Shown here one piece after another: positions 12,398 through 22,002 of a stretch of DNA of 64,000 nt; the first letter of the stretch is position 1; each line of letters starts with the position of its first letter. Source of the DNA: Epithemia pelagica (taxonomy: Eukaryota; Protista; Bacillariophyta); NCBI GenBank assembly GCA_946965045.2, contig OX337241.1, positions 434,001-498,000 on the forward strand. Direction: 5' to 3'. A program made the translations under genes and the position numbers. Below the pieces are notes generated by a model. The model saw nothing but the letters and a program-made list of their open reading frames with translations. It searched no databases and was not told the DNA's origin.

Positions 12398-13735
12398 GTT
12401 GGGCGCCATTTGGTTTGAAAACACCATGGGCCATGTGGTGTAAAGAAAGTCGAATGCGGAGTACTTGCGGTCCCTCAAGAAGGTGGTGCCCTTTTTGAAA
12501 TGGGACAAGGGACAGTGGTGTCCAACTCATCAACCTAATACCACAATTGGGAAAATTATTGACGCGCGCGGCCAAGTGTGGTATTGTTCGAACCAAGATG
12601 TGACAAGGAGGCCAATGCCGGGGGTATTCAAGCTCTCATCACACAATTCCACAATCTCCTTCCAAACTTGAGAGACTTGTTGATGGGTCTTCGTCAGCTC
12701 CCTTGTGTGTTACCAAAATTAAGGTCCCTGGTCAAGGGATTTTGGCCGCCTAGAACAAATCTGGTGGGAGTGCCCTGCACGGTGTGACCGAATACATGTT
12801 TACGCCCGCCACCATGTTTGATGTCATTCACGAGATGCCGACGACCATCATGACGTCCAGGGTTTTACTGGCGACCGTTTGTTGGGTTTTACTTGCGACC
12901 GTTAGTTGGGCGTCATTTAGTTTCAAAACACCATGGGCCGTATGGTGAAAAGTAAACCGCATGCGGAAGACTTCTGGTCCCTCAAGAAGGTGGTGTTGAA
13001 ATGGTTTCCAAATCGATCGACAATCCCTCGAACAAACATGGTATTCTTCTTGTTGCTCGTGTCTTGCTTAGGTAGGGAAATGATAACCAGTTCTCGATGA
13101 TACCCATAATATCTGTCTCAAGAAAACCTCCTTTGAACGACTGCGCTTCTGCACATGAGAATGTCCAATTCCACCAAGAATCCTTGGTTCCTCTCTCTCT
13201 CTATCTATTTCTTCGTTCGTGAATCCCAATCGATCGATAATCACTCGAACAAACATGGTATTCTTCTTGTTGCTCGTGTCTTATGCCGTTTTACTGGCGA
13301 CCGTTTTGTTGGGCGCCATTTGGTTTGAAAACACCATGGGCCGTTTGGTGAAAAGCAAACCGCATTCGCCAATGGTTTCCCAATCGATCGACAATCCCTC
13401 GAACAAACATGGTATTCTTCTTGTTGCTCGTGTCGTATGCCGATACGCTACTGGCGTCGTTTGTTGGGTGGCCAGCTTATGTAGGGAAATGATAACCTGT
13501 CTCAAGAAAACCTCCTTTGAACGACTGCGCTTCTGCACATAAGAATTCTTGGTTCCTCTCTCTCTCTTCGTTCGTGAATCCCAATCAATCGACAATCCCT
13601 CGAACAAACATGCTCTCTCTCTCTTCGTTCGGGAATCCCAATCGATCGACAATCACTCGAACAAACATGGTATTCTTCTTGTTGCTCGTGTCTTATGCCG
13701 ATACGTTATGTAGGGAAATGATAACCTGTTCTCGA
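12398..13735. repeat. Mosaic of shuffled direct-repeat modules
   Basis: Module A (gttgggcgccatttggtttgaaaacaccatgggcc) at ~12398, 12905, 13307. Module B (atcgatcgacaatccctcgaacaaacatggtattcttcttgttgctcgtgtc) at ~13012, 13229, 13383, 13585, 13640. Module C (gtagggaaatgataacc) at ~13072, 13481, 13710. Confidence 0.85.
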
Positions 13736-14262
13736 TAGGCCAGCCCTGATGTAGCTGTTCTACGTTGGTGATTGTACGGGAGCAGTTTTAAGGCATGAAC
13801 TCCCCACTCCCCACTCCCCACTCCCTATGTTCGTTCTGCTTCCACCTGACGACGAATGGTTATGGGAAGCATGGCACAGAACACTCTCCACGAACGTTAC
13901 AGGAGAGAACGCAGGCCCGATACCGAAAATATAACGCCCCAAACAAGCATTCAATGTAAAAGTCCTGTTTCAGTCATAAACAGATGGTTGGGAGTATTAC
14001 ATTAATACCAAAGATATGCTTAGGGAAATACCATACTCACAGATTACGCGGTTGACGGTGCACCCCAAAATCATACCATGACTCACCATTAAACTATTTG
14101 TAGCTGTATATATATAACGGTTTCAACAACGCTCCTTTTCTCTCATTTGTACTGCTTCTGCTATTCTGCATCCGTTGACAGAACAGCTGGTCATTCTGGG
14201 AAGTTCCACCCCAGACCCCAAAGCCTTCGGCCTACCCATCACGTTCATACTGAACTTAGACG

Positions 14263-14481
14263 AATTCAACGCATCCGGGTCCTTAATGTTCTTCATCCTT
14301 TTGTGTCTTGTGTCTTGTGTCTTGTGTCTAGGGTTGGGGGAATCTGGCAGGGGGAATTCCTCGCCCCATGGGAATGGGAATTCCCGTTCCCAATTCCCGT
14401 CGACGCCAAAAAGTCGTTGGGAATTCCCAAGTGCGACTGCCTACATTATAGTGCGATTTTAAGTTTGTGATACGATTATGC
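14263..14481 (+). repeat. 219-bp duplicate of 20217-20435 (66 bp flank plus left 153 bp of the hAT element)
   Basis: Direct alignment by eye shows 2 mismatches; includes the cttgtgt tandem and the TIR tagggttgggggaa at 14329. Confidence 0.95.
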
Positions 14482-15595
14482 CCATGAATTGGGCCATGAC
14501 GTGGTCGTCTACGACAAGGACGGTCGGATTGGTGGACAATTTCAAATGGCCCAACAAATTCCCGGCAAGGAGGAATTTACCGAAACCCTCCGTTACTTTG
14601 AGACACTCTTGCACAAGCCCCCGACGACGACAACGACGACGCCCAATAATGACGACAACACGAACGACACGAACAATCGTCCCGGATCGATTGAGGTACG
14701 ATTGAATACGTACTTGACGGCGGCCCAAATGGACGCTGACATGACGGTCGACGTGTGGATTGATGCCACGGGCGTGGAACCACGCAATCCACACATTCCC
14801 GGACAAGACCAAGCGCCCAATGTCGTCACGTACATTGATGTCTTGAAACATCACGTACCTGTCGGTCAGCGTGTCGCCCTCATTGGAGCCGGCGGCATTG
14901 GCTTTGATGTCGCCGAATACTTGTTGCATCATTCGGCAGCGGATCATGATACGACAGTCACGGCACCGGCCGATGTGGATCCACAAACCTTTTGGAAGAC
15001 GTGGGGAATTGATACCAGTTTGCAAACGCGAGGAGGATTGGTTTCGTCCTCCGACGACGACAAGAACCAGAACAACGAGACGGCCTCCTCGTCGCCGCAA
15101 CCACAACGACAATTGTACTTGTTGCAACGGAAAACGTCCAAATTGGGCAAGGGATTGGGGAAAACGACGGGATGGATTCATCGAACCACCTTGAAACAAT
15201 CGGGGGCCGTGGAAATGATTGCCGGTGCCACCTACAACGAAATTGACCAACAAGGCCGATTGCACATTTCCATTGCCGACCCAAAGAACAAGACCACCAA
15301 GACGAATCGAGTTTTGGACGTGGATACCATTGTCCTGTGTTCCGGACAAGTCGAACATACCACACTCCGAGACGAAGCGTCTCCCGCGTTGCGGCGACGC
15401 CTCTGTGCCATTGGTGGAGCCTTTCAGGCGGGGGAATTGGATGCCAAACGTGCCATTGACATGGGAACCCGGTTGGCCCACCAATTGCATACCCTCCACG
15501 CACAAGATACGGATGCTTCCACCTATGTTCATCCCGGACCACCACCACCGGGCGTGGAACAATCCATGTTTCAACTCTTGAGAAAACTCATGTAA
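14482..15595 (+). pseudogene. fadH: 5'-truncated 2,4-dienoyl-CoA reductase (NADPH, FadH type), C-terminal FAD/NADPH half only
   Basis: IGGQFQMAQQIPGKEEFTETLRYF, VALIGAGGIGFDVAEYL, LQRKTSKLGKGLGKTTGWIHRTTL and ELDAKRAIDMGTRLA match the C-terminal half of bacterial-type FadH. The FMN TIM barrel and the GAGPAG motif are absent; the frame begins at the repeat junction. Confidence 0.9.
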
Positions 15596-15708
15596 CACGT
15601 GTCTCAACCAACACAGGGGGGAGAAACTACCGTTTGTGTGAGAGATAACAAATAATACTAGATACGAGTCCATCTATTCCAAATAGCATCGATATCGTTT
15701 CTTGTACA

Positions 15709-18571
15709 CTACACAGCAAATGCCAAGGCAGCATTGGCGACATGTTGATGATCCATGACAGGCTGCTGCACTTCCTCCTGTACATCACCAACCACCAAGG
15801 AACTGACACTCATTTTGGTATTGCCCGTTCCACTCGACAGTTTTACAATCACACTCGTGTCGTCACTGGGAAACAATTGGGCGGTCAATGGGGTATCGTC
15901 CTCTTCCTCTTCTGAATTCTCGTTGCAGTCTGATTCTTCCACAACCTCCGTGTTGTTGTGAACTTTTTCGGTCACAACAAGCGTGGCGTCCTGGTGTGGT
16001 TGCTTATCATGGTCGACCACATCGTCCGATTTGTTGTCCTCATGATCAATGCCGGAACACCCTTTTCTAATTTTGGAGTCGTACTTGTTGGCCAAGGACA
16101 ACATCAAGTGTCCGATATAAACTTGAATGAACAAGAGCAATCCCATGGCCAAGGAAAGAACAATGGTAAAGGTTTGCTTGGTGATATTGCCCATGTCGAA
16201 CCACTCCGAAAAGCTGTGCGCACCGAGTTTCCACGAGGCATCGGCTCCTGATCCACTTTGTGCCAAGACGGTAGCCACCATACCAATCACGGCGAGCTTG
16301 CAGACGATAAACATCCATCCCGATACCCGACAGAGAGGTGGCCACCAAGGCCGATGAGCATAGCCAAAATTCTTGAGCAACAATGTCAAGTAAAAGGGTT
16401 GTTCCGTCACTGCCATGAGTGTCAATTGCATTCCCACCTTGACACAAACTACAAACCCAAAGGTCGAATTGGCCGTGGCGTAAATGAAAATGACCAAGAG
16501 AACCGCCACTGAATGGTGTAACACAACCGTCCATCGAATTTGAATGCGATAAAAGAGCTCCACCAAGTACAACAAGGATTGTACCAGTATCATGCATCGG
16601 GCCAACTTCCATGTTTCTTGTCCCGTTGCCGCGTCATAGGTATCCGTCGCAGGAAAGGTACGGATGACTTCCGTCAACACAATCGGCAATGCGACCAAAC
16701 TGAAGACGAGATGAATGACATAAATGGTAGTATTCCGACGTTCCCGTTCGGAATCAATGCGTTGGATACAAGGCCATTGCGACACGATAAAACCACTGGC
16801 AAAAATGAAAATGACAATTGTCTGAGCAGGAATTTCCGGAGACGCAAATGTCGTTTTCGGCAATTGCACTTGATCACGAATCACCAATTCACAATTACTT
16901 TCATCTGCCATTGGCTGATAAAAGCTATCTGCATTGGGCTCAAACTGTGCGAACTCGTACTCCAAAGTTTCCGGAAGGCGACCATCGGACAATCCCATGT
17001 AGCATCCCAAAAATGGATCTCCGTCCTTCATCATGTATCCCACTGCATAATCCACATTGGGAAGTTCAGGAGCTATACCCAAAACCAATACACACATTTC
17101 GTCATTCATCGACCACCCTCCAACAATGTCACGATCGGGCAAGGGACGGTAGCTACAGGTTACAATCAAAGTATCTCCGGGCAGGAGTTTCCACAAATCC
17201 CATGTCGGTGCTTCCGCATCAAAGTCGTACATATCATACTGAACGACGTTTGCAATGTGAACACCATTGCGAATGAGTTTGACTTGAGCTTGATATCCAG
17301 CAACTTCGTTCATATGCACATGGGACGAAAATACTTGGACGCCTTTTGTTGGTATAATGGCTCGTGTCGCATCCGATGAGATTTGAAACGACAAGGACAG
17401 TTTGCAACGGTGGTTCCACCCACAGACGTAATCCCACCGAGTCATCTTCAATATCCGAACCATCAGAGTTGTCATAGTGGACCATGAGGACGTATAGACC
17501 CTGACGAAGCGGAATATGAACGGATGCTGGAGTTTCGATAATACCAGAACCGGCTTGGGTGAAATGGCGCTCGCACGATTGAGGGACATAATCCATACAA
17601 TTCGAAACGACAACACCGTCCTCAAACAGCGATGGATCAAGAGCTTCGGGATCTCTGCAATGGTATACCACTTGATGATGCAGGTAGGATGGATACGTCG
17701 ATGAATCCATACCAGCAGTATTTCCACTCCATGCGACTTGAACAGCAATTAAATTCAAATCAAGAGGCATGGAAAAGGCGGCGCAACGATGAGCTATGGT
17801 CTCGCTGGAGCTCACAGTTGTATTCATCAGCTGGACGTCTATAGCAAATGGTGCAGTCGATGTCATAGGATTGCCATGGAAACGGACACCAGGACTCAGA
17901 AAGCTTGAAGAACTAACGCTGTCGGGTTGGCCATCGGTGGCAGAGTCTTCTTCAGGGATATCTGGTAACACTAGCTTCCTAGCAGTCAATAAGTCTTCAT
18001 CCACGAAAAGGTTCACCAATGCCTTGCCATACTGGGGACCATGATATTGGATATCTCCTGTTTCTGGATCGGTGGGACCTGAAGCACAGATGATGTATCT
18101 CTTTGTGGCCACTGTAATGCTCATATCATCTTTATCACACGTTTCCAGTCGTCTTCTCAATAAGGCGCGTATCCTATCTTGATCATCGACATATGCTTGC
18201 AATAGTTCGACGTTCTGCAAGACATCCAGTTCTGGTTTCTCGTAGTCTTGAGAGTAACGGTCATCGACTTCGAAACCGTTGTCAATATTAATCCTTCGGA
18301 CCATCATGATATCGGCACCTCGCATGCCACGTGTTCCGGACAAGCCCAGTCCTACCCAATCAGCTCCAGGGACACTTCGAACCGCAAAAGTTGCTTGTTG
18401 GGCTTCTCGATCAATCGTCCATTCGACATCGGAACATCCAGTTCCCTCCACCTCCACTCGCCGCTCCAGTCCAAACTCATTCTTTGTTGAGGTCGATGCG
18501 ACTGAAGATGAGCATAGAGCGTGGGTCAACAACAAAAACAGAGCTTTTACTCTCCTGCCTTTTGGCCACAT
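15709..18571 (-). pseudogene. DOMON + copper type II ascorbate-dependent monooxygenase (DBH/MOXD1-like) + C-terminal TLC-like membrane domain, copy 1
   Basis: Signal peptide; DOMON (WVGLGLSGTRGMRGADI); Cu ligands YLHHQVVYHC, SHVHM and DEMC; six-TM region with VVLHH and TEQPFY. A net 95-bp deletion at ~17406-17411 relative to copy 2 causes a frameshift. Confidence 0.85.
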
Positions 18572-18592
18572 TTCAGTTCGCAATTCGTGTGC

Positions 18593-18850
18593 TTGTCCAC
18601 TTGATGTGTTTCGACGACAGTCGAGAAGAGAATTTATGAACTGGGTGGGAGATTGAGCAAGCATTGCCCAAGGCAGATATCATGAATCATGAATCATGAC
18701 ATCACGTCACGACACCACGTGAAAATCCTTATCGCCAAATTGAGAGTGCGTGGTCGGTGGTGTCCATCAACACGTTGGATCCTATTGTCCACGTGGGTGA
18801 ACTGACGTCACATTCTTCATTCCAATGCCTACAGTGGCCAAACTCTTATT
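18593..18850. repeat. Copy 1 of a ~260-bp duplicated upstream region of the DOMON gene
   Basis: Near-identical to 19098-19358 (ttgtccacttgatgtg...ggccaaactcttatt); copy 2 has a 3-bp insertion and one substitution. Confidence 0.95.
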
Positions 18851-19097
18851 CTTAGCTGATTCGCGAATGCGTTCATTTCCTTAACGCCATACGTAGGGAA
18901 GTTGTGATTGAGGGATCAATTGCCCAGAAGACACTGAACTATCGTCGTCGTCTTCATTTGGGTTGGGTGAGGCTTTTTTGGCTGGTGGAAGATGAGGTCT
19001 GTCGGTTTGTGTAACTGCTCGCGTATCATCCTGCATCGTTACTCTTTGTCTACCAATTGGCCGAGTGTTGTTGGGTTCCGTCGGAGGATTCTCTTGA

Positions 19098-19358
19098 TTG
19101 TCCACTTGATGTGTTTCGACGACAGTCGAGAAGAGAATTTATGAACTGGGTGGGAGATTGAGCAAGCATTGCCCAAGGCAGATATCATGAATCATGAATC
19201 ATGACATCACGTCACGACACCACGTGAAAATCCTTATCGCCAAATTGAGAGTGCGTGGTCGGTGGTGTCCATCAACACGTTGGATCCTATTGTCCACGTG
19301 GGTGAACTGACGTCACATTCTTCATTCTAATGATGCCTACAGTGGCCAAACTCTTATT
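19098..19358. repeat. Copy 2 of the ~260-bp duplicated upstream region
   Basis: Near-identical to 18593-18850; its ATG at 19330 opens the chimeric cob ORF. Confidence 0.95.
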
Positions 19359-19362
19359 GTTA

Positions 19363-19617
19363 GCAAATGGAGCTTCAATGTTTTTTATTATTGTATATAT
19401 GCATTTATTTCGTGGGCTCTATTATGGATCATATATTGAACCGCGTGAATATATATGGTCATCGGGTGTAATTATTTTATTATTAATGATGGGAACTGCA
19501 TTTACTGGTTATGTTTTACCTTGGGGTCAAATGAGTTTTTCGGGAGCGACTGTAATAACAAGTATGCTATCAATTTTACCAAAAGGTCAAATTATCGTTG
19601 AATGGTTATGGGGTGGC
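19363..19617 (+). other. cob: Mitochondrial cytochrome b fragment inserted in nuclear DNA (NUMT)
   Basis: AT-rich island encoding [24 protein letters not shown]...[21 protein letters not shown]...EWLWGG (heme His, helices B-C-cd1); sharp junctions to GC-richer flanks. Confidence 0.93.
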
Positions 19618-19869
19618 AAATTCCAGAATCCTTGGAATCTCCTCCAGCAGCTGGTCTCATTTTCAACAACACACCCACAGTATTCTTATTTTTATTTGGA
19701 ACACTGTGGTCTATTGGAATGCACAAACCACAAAGGTGATGGAGCATTGGATGTACCACAATGGTCGTCTCACCCCGTGTCTGATGGTGCTCAGTGTCCT
19801 GCTAAGTCACTTGTTGGTGCCGTGGATCGACTCCTTGAGAACCTGGATCCGTGTCGTCACACGACGGAC

Positions 19870-19986
19870 CATCCGAATCCCTTTGTGGCACTGCACATGG
19901 AGGATCCCACAACTGACTTGCATCTCGTCAAACAAGCCTATCGCAAACTCTTCCTCCTCTATCATCCGGATTTTTATTCCGAGTAG
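19870..19986 (+). pseudogene. DnaJ J-domain fragment
   Basis: NPFVALHM...[15 protein letters not shown] matches J-domain helix II and the HPD motif; helix III is missing. Confidence 0.6.
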
Positions 19987-20600
19987 TTGTGTAGTCTATA
20001 AAAAGACGTTTCGCCTGTACTAGAGAAGTACCTCCCAAAGTCCGACCATTTCCAAGAGATATCATAATAGATGAGGAACCAACGACGAGCACTTCTCCTT
20101 TTGTCTCGTTCGAGTTTGTCAAACGGCAATCAACTCCTCATCGACTCTCGGGGCTGCTGTGAGTATGACGTACCTGCATGGAGTCGTTCTTGGGTCGCTG
20201 AAAGATCCCGATAGAAAATTCAAAGCATCCGGGTCCTTAATGTTCTTCATCCTTTTGTGTCTTGTGTCTTGTGTCTTGTGTCTAGGGTTGGGGGAATCTG
20301 GCAGGGGGAATTCCTCGCCCCATGGGAATGGGAATTCCCGTTCCCAATTCCCGTCGACGCCAAAAAGTCGATGGGAATTCCCAAGTGCGACTGCCTACAT
20401 TATAGTGCGATTTTAAGTTTGTGATACGATTATGCGCGTCAAAAGGTGTCGAAGATATCTTTGAATGATTGTGGATGCCAAATATCTTTTGTAGTTTGAA
20501 AGCACAAAGTCCCACATCAAAGAAAGAAATGGATACTGCTGGTTGAGTGAGTCGACCGACTTAGAGTTGGAGCGTCTCTGAAGGACAACGATGCGGAGAT

Positions 20601-21060
20601 TGTTCAAATACTGTACGCAAGGGCATAACTACACGTGGGGGACAATGGGGACAGAGACAGAATTCCCATGACACAACATGCCCAACGCATCATTGAACCG
20701 CCGCCTCTCACAAATCACAACGCAAATCAACAAAGACGAACGACGCATCTCAACATGGGATTTGGACGACGGCTATGTAACACTCATGCCGCTCTAAACA
20801 ACGACTCCCATGGCCAGAGCAATAACGGTACTGGCTCCGAAGTAAGCGGACGCCACTTAGGGAGCCACGAATCCCAGAATAGGCAGCAAGGTCGTCCATA
20901 AACAATTGGGACCGCCAATTTGGTCGATCAACGCACCAATCTACGAGTTAACGCTCAACGCATGAGCAGGAGCGATTCATAGCTTGCACACGATAATCTA
21001 GAAACACACAATTTTGCAAAAGAGCTCTTTTTTGTTACTCGACAGTAGTGAAAAACAACA
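20601..21060 (+). repeat. 5' LTR
   Basis: 460 bp, tgttcaaata...aaaaacaaca; matches 25991-26450 at 458/460. Confidence 0.97.
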
Positions 21061-21093
21061 CGCTTCCTCTGCGCTGTAAACAGCATCTCTGAT
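21061..21093 (+). promoter_or_regulatory. Atypical bipartite primer-binding site complementary to the 5' end/D-arm of initiator tRNA-Met
   Basis: cgcttcctctgcgc directly abuts the LTR and ctctgat lies at 21087-21093. Both are reverse complements of the conserved eukaryotic iMet 5' sequence AUCAGAG-UG-GCGCAGNGGAAGCG (recalled from plant/animal/yeast tRNAs, not from this host). Confidence 0.7.
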
Positions 21094-21101
21094 CGTCGAC
21101 C

Positions 21102-21927
21102 ATGGCTTTTGCAATCTCTCCCGCTAACGCCAACGCGAACAACGTAATCAACTTTACGACCGCGGCAGGCTCGAAGTTATACAAGCAAGCGACGACAGGA
21201 CTTTTTGATGGCGGAGATCTCTACGATCTCCATGCGGAGGGACTCAAGATTTTCCTCGATTCGTTTCAAGATCGCATCGTCGAGCAATCTTGGACTAGCA
21301 CATTCTCCATTCCGGAACATATCGTGGTCCCTCCTGCAGCAGGACCAGCTCCTCCAGCTGCTCCTACTCATCTCCTTACTCAAGCCTACGGACGAGTTTC
21401 CCTTCGACAAGTGCGCGACTACGTGGACAGCTTCCTCGGACAGAATCGCATCACGCAGAACTCCTACATGTCCTACATGTGTCTCATGGCATCGTTAAAC
21501 GAAGAAGCGAGGGCACAAGTCAATCTCCGACGCGACGAATTCATCGTGGACAACAAGGGTGTCGGGCCATTGCTCCTCAAGGTCATCATTTCCTTGGCTT
21601 ATGTGGATACCGAAGCGACCGTAATGGTGCTACGCCAGCGTCTGTCGGACCTTCACATCCATATCGCAGACTTCAACGGAGACATTATCAAGTTCAACTC
21701 GTACGTGAAAGAAACATTGCAGGGCCTAAGTGCACGTGGGGAACGGACCCTCGACCTCCTCCCGAACCTATTCAAGGCATATGAAACGGTGAACGACGAG
21801 AACTTTCTGGAAATGATCAGGCGTCGTAAGAAAAGAAGGAACCACCCCGGCACTCCGTTTGGCAAATGCTTTGGCTGATCTCCCTGCCCAAGAAGAGTCC
21901 TCGGATGAAGAATGACAACCAGACCTG
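21102..21927 (+). pseudogene. gag: copia gag, internally deleted and frameshifted
   Basis: 258-aa ORF with CoDi gag-like GPLLLKVIIS and FNGDIIKFNSYV...LLPNLFKAY. No Cys/His knuckle; shifts frame into a short acidic tail LRLANALADLPAQEESSDEE*. Confidence 0.75.
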
Positions 21928-22002
21928 AGGTCACTCCTCGGGCTGTTCACCAAGACTTTCGAACAGCTCATCTATATCTTACTAGCGACAACAACTCTTT
22001 AC

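Larger units (their letters stand above)
4255..13740 (-). mobile_element. Helitron (Helitron2/Helentron-like) rolling-circle transposon; termini not resolved
   Basis: Carries a Rep-helicase gene plus two accessory ORFs and a repeat-rich 5' region; the satellite array follows its 3' end. No 5' TC or 3' CTRR/hairpin terminus could be identified by eye. Confidence 0.8.

Noticed and set aside
4255-13740. Fanzor/TnpB or other RNA-guided nuclease associated with the Helitron
   Set aside because: No RuvC-like motifs with a zinc-finger arrangement were recognisable in either accessory ORF or elsewhere in the window.
19330-19986. Genuine mitochondrial cob gene or organellar contig
   Set aside because: Only ~255 bp is cob-like; it is embedded in nuclear-type DNA and a conserved Trp is lost.
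14263-20435. 219-bp direct repeats as LTRs of a retroelement
   Set aside because: No TG...CA ends, PBS, PPT or TSD; the repeat is flank plus a hAT left end.
20635-20901. 88-aa ORF present twice (also 26025-26291)
   Set aside because: It lies within the LTRs and is duplicated only because the LTRs are; there is no coding signature.
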